Assembly (NCBI GenBank): GCA_035193785.1
Contig: CP136572.1
Coordinates: 5,076,578 to 5,140,577, forward strand
Reading direction: 5' to 3'
Source: Planktothrix sp. GU0601_MAG3
GTDB lineage: Bacteria > Cyanobacteriota > Cyanobacteriia > Cyanobacteriales > Microcoleaceae
Length of the DNA stretch: 64,000 bases
The position numbers and the translations under genes are program-made. Below are positions 55,816 to 64,000 of the stretch, piece after piece. Below the pieces are notes generated by a model. The model was not told the origin of the DNA. It ran no database searches and saw nothing but the letters and a program-made list of their open reading frames with translations. The stretch's first letter is position 1. Every line of letters starts with the position of its first letter.

Positions 55816-57120
55816 TTATTCTGATAAATTAAGTTTTTTATTATGACAAACAACTCCCCAAATTCCTGATAAGATTATCCAATTCAAGGTATTTACTCTA
55901 AAATCAAATAAACTGACATCAAAACAGTTAAACAAAATTAATCCGAAAAACGTGATTAAATAGCTATAATAAATTAATCGCTCTGAAGGATTAGTTAGGC
56001 GATTATTTAATAATAAAAATCCTTGACTTAAAATCCAACCTATTATTCCCATAAAAAATAGTGCTGTAGGGATGCCAATTTCAGCAAACAGCATTAAAAA
56101 TAAATTATGGGGATGACCTAACCAAACGTTCATTTTAGCTTCATATAGGGGCGTAAAATTTCTTAATCCCCATCCGGTTAAGGGGCGAGTTTGGGCTAAA
56201 TTTAGGGCAAATTTCCATTGGGTAATTCTGAGGGTTTCTACCGGACGCACAAAATTTTCATCGGTAATTCTTTGCCAAAAATAAGCGGGGATAATCATTC
56301 TTAACCCTTCTTTAATAGGAGAGGGTGCAAAAGCTGACCCAAAAACGGCCGTTACTCCTGTTGTTACTAATAAGATTAACCACCACCATCTCAAATATAA
56401 AGCATAGGCTAAACTTGATAAAACTGCCAATCCCCAAGCATTACGAGAGTTAGTTAAAATTAAGTCAATTGCTGTTAATAATAGTGTGATAATTAAGAGT
56501 GTGATTTTCTGGTTTTTATTCAGAATATAACTATCATCATTCTGGGATTTATTTTGCCATTCTTCAATTAATAATCCTAGGGTTAATGTAAAAATAATTA
56601 CTAGATATACTGCCAAAATATTAGCATACATAAATACCGAGGACATTCGACCGACTGGGTTGCCATTTAGTTGTAAACTCCAGCCTAAAATTCCCTGTAA
56701 AATATCAATTCCCGACCAGCTTAAATATTGTTGTCCTAGTCCCAAAATTGTCACGGGAATAGCACCGAATATCATTAACCATGATAACCGTCGCAATTGA
56801 CTAGGGGTTTGGATAATTTCACTTAACCCCGCAAATGCAATAAAATAGGGAATAAAATTATTTAAACCGATTAAAGATTCAATAGAATTATCTGCTAAAA
56901 TAGAAATAATAACTAATAAAATACTAACGATAGCTAACCCTTGATTAATCGGATTTTTCCGAATAAATTGAAACCGTCGTTGATAACTAAAAATCATCCC
57001 TAAAAAAATAGAAATGCTACCAAATATTGGTAAAATAGGAAATAAAAACACCCCCCATTGTAAACAATTCCAAGGTAACTGTAATCGCCGTTCTGGGTGG
57101 GGTAAAAGTATGGATTGCAT
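55816..57120 (-). CDS. O-antigen ligase family membrane protein
   Basis: GRMSSVF.YAN, LTNSRNAW, GWGLRNF, HPHNLFL. Confidence 0.88.
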   Translation of the reverse strand: MQSILLPHPERRLQLPWNCLQWGVFLFPILPIFGSISIFLGMIFSYQRRFQFIRKNPINQGLAIVSILLVIISILADNSIESLIGLNNFIPYFIAFAGLSEIIQTPSQLRRLSWLMIFGAIPVTILGLGQQYLSWSGIDILQGILGWSLQLNGNPVGRMSSVFMYANILAVYLVIIFTLTLGLLIEEWQNKSQNDDSYILNKNQKITLLIITLLLTAIDLILTNSRNAWGLAVLSSLAYALYLRWWWLILLVTTGVTAVFGSAFAPSPIKEGLRMIIPAYFWQRITDENFVRPVETLRITQWKFALNLAQTRPLTGWGLRNFTPLYEAKMNVWLGHPHNLFLMLFAEIGIPTALFFMGIIGWILSQGFLLLNNRLTNPSERLIYYSYLITFFGLILFNCFDVSLFDFRVNTLNWIILSGIWGVVCHNKKLNLSE

Positions 57121-57154
57121 GGGTTAAAATCGGTCAAAAAACCTGAAGTCAGTA

Positions 57155-57995
57155 TTAAGAATAAGCCAAATCTGAACGGGTTAAACGAATTTGTGCTAAA
57201 GTAAATATGGTAGGAATAATCCTGGCATAATTAGTAGAAATAGCTCGCCATCCTAAGTCAGCCACTAACCACGTCCATAATAACGGCCCCAGGAAAGAAA
57301 ATACACTGCGGGTTAACCCATATTTAGCTGCCGTAACCGCCATTCCTCGATTTGCGGCTCGAATTGCTACATGATTTTGAAATTGAGTTGCCGCGGTTGC
57401 GCCTCCTTGAATTAAGGCTTCTTTTGCTACTTGATATTTAGCAAAATGTAAGGCGAATTGACCAGCTATTTGTCCTAAAATTATCGGTCGAATAACAGAA
57501 TTAACGGCTACCAAACTTCCAGCTTTAAATAACCATCCTAACGGATCTTTTTGGGCAGAAATTGGTAAGGGTTGTAAAGGTTTTGTTTCAGTTAATGCTT
57601 TTTGAACTTTTTGGGTGAGGTTAGTTTGTTTCTGACTGGGGTAAACGTTTCCAGGCTTGACCTAAAAGATGCAAAAAAACCTCCGCTTCTAAATCAGAAG
57701 TTGACAGGCTTTTTGAATAGGAAATTCTCAAATAATGACAGACTTGAATTAAGGCTTGGCGGTAAGTCACCTGTTGAGTTTTTCCCCGTAAAACCGTCAC
57801 CCCATCGGCGGCCAGATAGCGAAAACGCTGTTCTAAAGCGTCTAACCAGGCTTCCCGGTCTCGACTTTGAACGTCGATGGGGGTGGGGGTTTTTACATAG
57901 TCTAAAGGGTTCAAACCCCGACTAAATAAGAGTTCCGTTAACTGTTCTAACTCATCTTCTGTTGCCAGTTCTAATCCAGATCTAAGTTCGTCCAA
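57155..57995 (-). CDS. YaaW family protein; apparent frameshift at ~57629
   Basis: LDELRSGLELAT, RFRYLAADG, DLGWRAISTNYARIIP. Confidence 0.85.
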
Positions 57996-58100
57996 TGTTG
58001 ATATCCTCCTCAATTGGGAGTTCTTTCATTTACTATTTTACTACAATTTAGGAAAATTTGTTATTCTTGAAGTTATCCATAATCCCTGTTTGTCCTCCTG

Positions 58101-60083
58101 TCAATTAAAGTTACTATTTCTAATATTACCTGAAGGAATAGAAGCAATTAATTGGCGAGTATAGGCTTGTTTGGGATGGCGATAAATTTCTTCGGCGGTT
58201 CCGATTTCTTCGATTTTTCCTTGATTCATCACAATAATGCGATCGCTCATAAATTTAACCACACTTAAATCATGGGAAATAAAAATATAAGTCAGATTAA
58301 ATTCCGATTGTAACTCTTTTAATAGGTTCAAAACCTGCGCCTGTACCGACACATCCAGGGCGGAAACTGATTCATCACAAATAATAAATTTAGGATTTAA
58401 TGCTAAAGCTCTAGCAATACAAATCCGTTGTCTTTGTCCCCCGGAAAATTCATGGGGATAACGGCGCATCAAATCAGGATTTAATCCGACTCTTTCTAAT
58501 AAATAAGCCACGCGATCGCATTTTTCCTTAAAATTATTTCCCACTTGATGAATAATTAAAGGTTCCATTACCGCGTCCCCAATGCTGATTCTAGGGTCAA
58601 GGGAACTAAAGGGATCTTGAAAAATAATCTGCATATTCCGTCGCACCGGACGTATTTTCTGATTGAATTGTTGTTGATTTCGATAATTTTTAATTCCACT
58701 GAATAGAGTTGTTTCTAAATAGGGTGCGGTAATATCCTGACCATCAAATAATACCTGACCACTCAAGGGCTTAATTAGTTGTAAAATTGCTCTGGCTAGG
58801 GTACTTTTTCCACAGCCTGATTCTCCCACTAATCCTAGGGTTTCCCCTGGATAAACCTCAAAAGAAACATCATTAACCGCCATAAATAACCGTTTAGTTT
58901 GAGCCAATATTCCGGGTATTTTAAAAGCGACTCTTAAATTTTTAACAGATAAGATTGAATTTTCTGAGGATGAACTTAATCCAAAAGATTGAGATTTTAA
59001 AGCACTATTAGAAATATTATTATAAATTTTATTAATTTCTGACTGAGGTTTTTCTCTAATTTCTTTTTCCCCATTTTCTAAGGTAACAACCTCCATAAAA
59101 TCCGCCACCGTTGGTAATCGTACCGCCGGGTTATCTAAGGTGGGACGACAGGCTAATAATCCTTTGGTATAGGGATTTTTGGGGGCTGTAAAAATTTGCT
59201 GAATAGTTCCTGATTCAACTATTTTTCCTTGGAACATTACCGCCACTTGGTCAGCAATTTGAGCGATAATTCCCAAATCATGGGTAATAAAAATCATCGC
59301 CATTCCCCGATATTCTTGTAACTCTTGAAGTAAGTCTAATATTGTGGCTTGTACCGTCACATCTAAGGCTGTTGTCGGTTCGTCCGCAATTAATAATATC
59401 GGGTTACAAGAAATCGCCATAGCAATCATTACCCGTTGCAATTGTCCCCCCGATAATTCATGGGGATAGCGATCTAACATAGCTCGTTTTTGAGCATTAA
59501 CTTGTTGAATTACTTCTCTTTTTCTGGTGCGTTTATCTTGTAATTCCTGGGGAGAAAGGGATGTTGATTGATGATTTTGTGCTTCTAATGCTTGCTGCAT
59601 TAATTGATCATCACTAGGGAGTAATTTTACTTCCTGTAATAAGGATGCAGCTTTCCACATCGCCTGTTTCGGGGATATTTGTTGATGCTGAATAATAGCT
59701 TCTGTCAACTGAAAACCAATGGTAAATACGGGGTTAAGAGAGGTCATAGGTTCCTGAAAAATCATGGAAATTCGACCGCCGCGATAGGTTTGTTTTTGAG
59801 TTGATGATAGTTGTAATAAATTAACAGGTTGGGAATAGGGGTTATAGTCTTCAGATTCAGGAATTTGAAACCAAACTTCTCCGCCAACTTGAGTAGTTTC
59901 GGTCGAAATTAATCCCATAATTGCTAATGCTGTCACGGATTTTCCTGAACCGGACTCGCCCACAATTCCCAGGGTTTGTCCCCGTCCAACCTGGAAAGAA
60001 ATACCATCAACGGCGGTAAGCGTCCGTTCGTCGGTTTCAAACTCAACCCGCAGATTATTCACGTTCAGGACAGGATATTGCAT
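58101..60083 (-). CDS. Peptide/nickel ABC transporter ATP-binding protein (two ABC domains)
   Basis: GESGSGKS and GESGCGKS, YPHELSGG and YPHEFSGG, ADEPTTALD and CDESVSALD. Confidence 0.93.
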   Translation of the reverse strand: MQYPVLNVNNLRVEFETDERTLTAVDGISFQVGRGQTLGIVGESGSGKSVTALAIMGLISTETTQVGGEVWFQIPESEDYNPYSQPVNLLQLSSTQKQTYRGGRISMIFQEPMTSLNPVFTIGFQLTEAIIQHQQISPKQAMWKAASLLQEVKLLPSDDQLMQQALEAQNHQSTSLSPQELQDKRTRKREVIQQVNAQKRAMLDRYPHELSGGQLQRVMIAMAISCNPILLIADEPTTALDVTVQATILDLLQELQEYRGMAMIFITHDLGIIAQIADQVAVMFQGKIVESGTIQQIFTAPKNPYTKGLLACRPTLDNPAVRLPTVADFMEVVTLENGEKEIREKPQSEINKIYNNISNSALKSQSFGLSSSSENSILSVKNLRVAFKIPGILAQTKRLFMAVNDVSFEVYPGETLGLVGESGCGKSTLARAILQLIKPLSGQVLFDGQDITAPYLETTLFSGIKNYRNQQQFNQKIRPVRRNMQIIFQDPFSSLDPRISIGDAVMEPLIIHQVGNNFKEKCDRVAYLLERVGLNPDLMRRYPHEFSGGQRQRICIARALALNPKFIICDESVSALDVSVQAQVLNLLKELQSEFNLTYIFISHDLSVVKFMSDRIIVMNQGKIEEIGTAEEIYRHPKQAYTRQLIASIPSGNIRNSNFN

Positions 60084-60261
60084 GGAAGTTACCCTTTTGA
60101 TCAATTCTATTCTTGAATCAATTTAACAGAAGATGGGGAAATAGGGGATAGAATGGCGTCGCACTAACCCGAAAGGATGGCATCAATGCTAAAATAGGAA
60201 TATATCTACTTTACCTAATTATGAATATTATATGAGGCAGATTGAAAGTATTACAATTCAT

Positions 60262-60308
60262 CAATAATATGCAGTAATTCGCTATAAAAACTTTTGTCCA
60301 GAGTATTG
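60262..60308 (-). repeat. 47-bp copy of the 5' region of the Type IIG gene (matches 63445-63491, 2 mismatches)
   Basis: CAATAATATGCAGTAATTC(G/A)CTATAAAAACTTTTGTC(C/G)AGAGTATTG. Confidence 0.9.
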
Positions 60309-60421
60309 ATAATGCAAACCTCTATACGTCCTCCTGATAAAGAACTTAAAAGTATTATTCAGGAAATTTTGGATGATTAAAAAGAGATAATAAAGATTAA
60401 GTCTTTAGTGGATAATCTTTT

Positions 60422-63400
60422 TTAAGTTTTACCCTCAACTATTTTAATTTCTGCTTCTGTTAACCCATATAATTCATAAACCAGTTGGTCGATTTGTTGT
60501 TCTAAGCTATTATTTATTGAAGTCTCATTTATTAATTTTGATGCTAAGTTTATCAGTTCATTTTGCTGTTTATCTGTGGGATGTAGGGGAATAGATAGGG
60601 GTTCTAAATATTTCGTTTTAAAGCGAGAATAACCTCCTCGAATAATATTACCTGTATTTGATAAGAAAAACCAAATTAGTCGGGAATTAAGAATCGCTAA
60701 AAAATACTCGATTGCTAAATGTACATCAGTTTTTAAGATTAATGCGTAGGTTGTGTCATTATGAAAATAGTTTCCTTCCCTATCTAAACTCATTTTTGTC
60801 CCCAAACAGATATCAGGAGTTAGAATTTTAGGACTATTTAAGTTAATGATTTGACGAGAATTCCATAGCGCATACCAAGCTGGATATTTCATTTTTGAAC
60901 TTCCTCGCATTGATAATCTTTTTTTGTGAATTTTTAAATATTGATAGGTCAAGGGATAATCTTCAACTAACTGTTTTTCTGGTATTAACATAGTCCGATT
61001 ATTTAATAAATAATAGGGATAAATTATATAAAGATCAGAATTTTTGTTTTTCCATTTTTCTATGTTTTTTCCGGTTAGCAAAGGTTTACATATTTGTTTT
61101 TCTAGTTTAACCTGATTATTGAGTGCTTTAGAATAGCCTAGAATATGTGCTTCTAATTCAATACAATTATACAAATAAAATATATCATTATCCCCTGAGA
61201 TAATTCCTTGAAAAATCCCCTTAAATATTGAGTTAATGGGTTCACCTTTGGTTTTAACACAATCAATAATTTGATGAATTTTAGAATTGCTTAAATTCCA
61301 TGGATTTTGATTTAATTCTCCGTACATAAGTCTATTAAACTTTAAATATTCTCCATATTTAATCATTTCAGGATGAATTTTTATAAATTCTAGTTGTGAA
61401 TTATTGCGGGAGAAAAAGCTAATACAAGTATAAGTTGTTGCATCTTCAAAAACCTTATGATCCTCAAAATGAATAATTTTATTAACAAACTGATTCTGTT
61501 TTAAATATTCTCTTGTATTAGTAGCAAAGTCAGCAACTAAATATTTATGGGGAAGAATATATGCAGAATAGGAGGATTTTTTTGTAATTTGATTTAGAAG
61601 TTCAATAAACAGTACATAGATATCATATTTCCCCTTAGCTGTAAAATAGTGATGGTTATAAAATTCTTTATTAGAAACTTCTTTAAATCCCATATAAGGC
61701 GGATTTCCTATCACAACATCAAAACCAATAAACTTTCCTTCATCATCCAAAATTTCAGGAAACTCAAACCGCCATTCAAAAGCATGATCATAAATTTTAC
61801 CACTTTCGATTTCCTCAATTTCTACCCTTAACTTATCAATCTCATTATTTAACTTAATAACTTTCTTCTCCCGCGCTTTTTGTTCGGTTTTAGTTTCCTC
61901 AAATAGCGAAAGTTGATGCTCTAAATTATAAACTTCTCCCTCTAACTGTCTTAACTTCGTTTTCTTGGGGTCAATTCCTTGAAGTGTGGTTTTAAAATTA
62001 CTTTTAATACTATTAATTAACCTTTCCATATCCCGCTTTTGCTGTTTATTCTCCGCATGGCGATAGGTCTGGACAGCATTTTGATAGGTTTTAATATCAA
62101 TACCACTTTTCTTTAACGCTGGTTTTAAATCCGCATCCAAGGGAAAACGACTAATTAAAGAATTACCGCACTTGATATTAATATCAATATTCGGTAGGGT
62201 TTTCAATTCGCTGTAATCACTATTTTTATAATAGGCATTTTTTAGTAATTCTATCCCTAACCGTAACTGACATATTTTAACCGAGTTGGGGTTAATATCC
62301 ACACCAAATAGGCAATTTTCGATAATCGTTTGTTTTTCGTGAAATAGAGTTTCTTGGAGGCGTTGACTTTCTGGGTTTTGGGGAATATAGCTAAATAATT
62401 TATGCTCTTTATCCCTGATTATTAAGTGATCATTTTCTACCCTGATTTGATATTCTTTTAATCGTTTTCCAGTTTGATACTGTAGGATATTCAGATCATT
62501 TTTAATTGCAATAATTTCATTTAAAGCTGACACCAAAAAATGTCCCGAACCCACCGCCGGGTCACAAATTTTTAGACTATTAATAATTTGATTTGCTTCG
62601 TTTCTATCTTCTATTTTATCATATAAATCATCCAGATTTTGACAATTCCAACCTTTAATTTCATTAAATTTCTGGACAACTGCTTTCCGTAAGGTTTCCC
62701 GACACATATACATGGTAATAAAACCCGGGGTAAAATATGACCCGTCTTGATAACCGTTAATTTTCTCAAAAATTAGTCCTAAAACCGAAGCGTTAATTAG
62801 GGTTTTCTGATCTTCTTGAATACCTTCTAAACCTTCGCTACTAAAATCATAAGCGTCGAGAAACTCAAATAAATATTGTAGGGTATTCAGTTCTCCGGTG
62901 CGTTTATTTCCGTTATGATCTTTTAAAATAGTTGTTGAACAAATCGGAAGTTTTTTGGTTCCCAGGTCACTAATAACTAGGGTTTGATCTTCTAATTCCG
63001 TTGGTTCAAATAGGGAACTATTCAGATAGGGAATATGGGCAAAAATTGTTTTTACGTCTTCCTGGCGTTGATTTTGTTTAACTGATAATACCTGAAAAAA
63101 TAGACGGTTTAAATTATAGAAGTTATAGATTTTGTCTGAATTTAGAAAGGCAAAATTGCGATAGGCTCCGCCTCGACATTCGCCCTTATGATAAGTTATT
63201 AATTGAGATTCTAATAATTTCAAGAATAAAATCCGGTTTATCCAAGTAATTGATAGCTCTAAAGCAATATTAAAAACCTGTTCGGATGCAGTTTCTCCAA
63301 ATTGTTCGGGTTTTTCTAGTCGGGAAATTTTATCTAAACTATTCAGTTTTGAAATAGCATTTTCTAGCAGTGAACCCGGATTTCTTTGTGCTTTGGGTTG

Positions 63401-63544
63401 ACGTTTGATCAGTTTTTTATTCTTTTCTTTGATTTCGGTTAAACCAATAATATGCAGTAATTCACTATAAAAACTTTTGTCGAGAGTATTGCTATCTTTA
63501 TTTAAGGTTTCTCTAGGTTGTCTTTGGTTATTTTTCATAGTCAA
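60422..63544 (-). CDS. Type IIG (Eco57I-like) N6-adenine methyltransferase-specificity protein, apparently lacking the N-terminal nuclease domain
   Basis: YLNSSLFE, LGLIFEKING, DPAVGSGHF (motif I), GNPPY (motif IV), TaqI-C-like TRD, EQQIDQLVYELYGL tail. Confidence 0.88.
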   Translation of the reverse strand: MTMKNNQRQPRETLNKDSNTLDKSFYSELLHIIGLTEIKEKNKKLIKRQPKAQRNPGSLLENAISKLNSLDKISRLEKPEQFGETASEQVFNIALELSITWINRILFLKLLESQLITYHKGECRGGAYRNFAFLNSDKIYNFYNLNRLFFQVLSVKQNQRQEDVKTIFAHIPYLNSSLFEPTELEDQTLVISDLGTKKLPICSTTILKDHNGNKRTGELNTLQYLFEFLDAYDFSSEGLEGIQEDQKTLINASVLGLIFEKINGYQDGSYFTPGFITMYMCRETLRKAVVQKFNEIKGWNCQNLDDLYDKIEDRNEANQIINSLKICDPAVGSGHFLVSALNEIIAIKNDLNILQYQTGKRLKEYQIRVENDHLIIRDKEHKLFSYIPQNPESQRLQETLFHEKQTIIENCLFGVDINPNSVKICQLRLGIELLKNAYYKNSDYSELKTLPNIDINIKCGNSLISRFPLDADLKPALKKSGIDIKTYQNAVQTYRHAENKQQKRDMERLINSIKSNFKTTLQGIDPKKTKLRQLEGEVYNLEHQLSLFEETKTEQKAREKKVIKLNNEIDKLRVEIEEIESGKIYDHAFEWRFEFPEILDDEGKFIGFDVVIGNPPYMGFKEVSNKEFYNHHYFTAKGKYDIYVLFIELLNQITKKSSYSAYILPHKYLVADFATNTREYLKQNQFVNKIIHFEDHKVFEDATTYTCISFFSRNNSQLEFIKIHPEMIKYGEYLKFNRLMYGELNQNPWNLSNSKIHQIIDCVKTKGEPINSIFKGIFQGIISGDNDIFYLYNCIELEAHILGYSKALNNQVKLEKQICKPLLTGKNIEKWKNKNSDLYIIYPYYLLNNRTMLIPEKQLVEDYPLTYQYLKIHKKRLSMRGSSKMKYPAWYALWNSRQIINLNSPKILTPDICLGTKMSLDREGNYFHNDTTYALILKTDVHLAIEYFLAILNSRLIWFFLSNTGNIIRGGYSRFKTKYLEPLSIPLHPTDKQQNELINLASKLINETSINNSLEQQIDQLVYELYGLTEAEIKIVEGKT

Positions 63545-63655
63545 AATTACCAGAAATACGGGTTAAAGAAAGTACAAATAGGGAAACACAAAGACACTAA
63601 GACACTAAGAAATGAAGATTATCAAGGGTAAATAAGGGGAAGTGAATAATATTTT

Positions 63656-64000
63656 TTAGGTTTTACCCTCAACTATTTTAATTTCTGCTTCTGTTAATCC
63701 ATATAATTCATAAACCAGTTGGTCTATTTGTTGTTCTAATATTGTTGTATCTGCATTTGGGTTAGATTTTTTGGCGGTGATGATTTGATCAACTAATTTT
63801 TCTAATAACAATTCTTCAGTTTCCGTAGGTTTCTTTAATAGGTAACATTTCAATTTTATACTTTTTCCATCTATTTGTACCCATTCCTGTGGTAGTTGAA
63901 ATTTGGTTAAAGTACCATTCTGATAATCTTGAATTTAGAATTGCTAACAAATACTTAAGTTTTTCACCCGTCATCAAAAAGGTAGTAACTTCAGCATAAT
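63656..64000 (-). CDS. 3' end of a second Type IIG RM gene (starts beyond the window); apparent frameshift at ~63830
   Basis: KYLLAILNS..GMGTNRWKKYKIEMLPI..EQQIDQLVYELYGLTEAEIKIVEGKT; last 84 bp match 60422-60505 with 3 mismatches. Confidence 0.85.

Overview
64 kb of an AT-rich filamentous cyanobacterial chromosome (Oscillatoriales, Planktothrix-like; inferred from HIP1 GCGATCGC sites, 7-8 bp STRR-type intergenic repeats and gene content). Most of it is core genes: sufB/sufR, ahcY, glgB, ftsI, radC, rpsF, glyA, lysA-cdaA-uppS, pgi, chlP, msrB, ndhV, psb34 and tRNA-fMet. Accessory parts: (i) a secreted acidic GEGGEG-tailed peptide coupled to a PiuC-type Fe/2OG hydroxylase, (ii) an orphan C5 methyltransferase, (iii) ISAs1-type MITEs carrying variable 20-bp repeat arrays, (iv) a ~5.5 kb island between an ftsL-like gene and ftsI (group II intron RT relic, DUF2330 gene with an internal pilin-like helix, membrane pilin-GH gene, MFS-like gene, ISAs1 relic), and (v) tandem Type IIG restriction-modification genes with shared ends and different specificity regions. 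The most striking pattern: all 23 frameshifts I reconstructed in otherwise intact genes, many of them essential, can be repaired by removing one base from GAAAC/GTTTC to give GAAC/GTTC. This points to a motif-specific sequencing error rather than real pseudogenes. It may be the footprint of a DNA modification, since GAAC/GTTC is the known Dnd phosphorothioation consensus; that step is inference, and no dnd genes are in the window.
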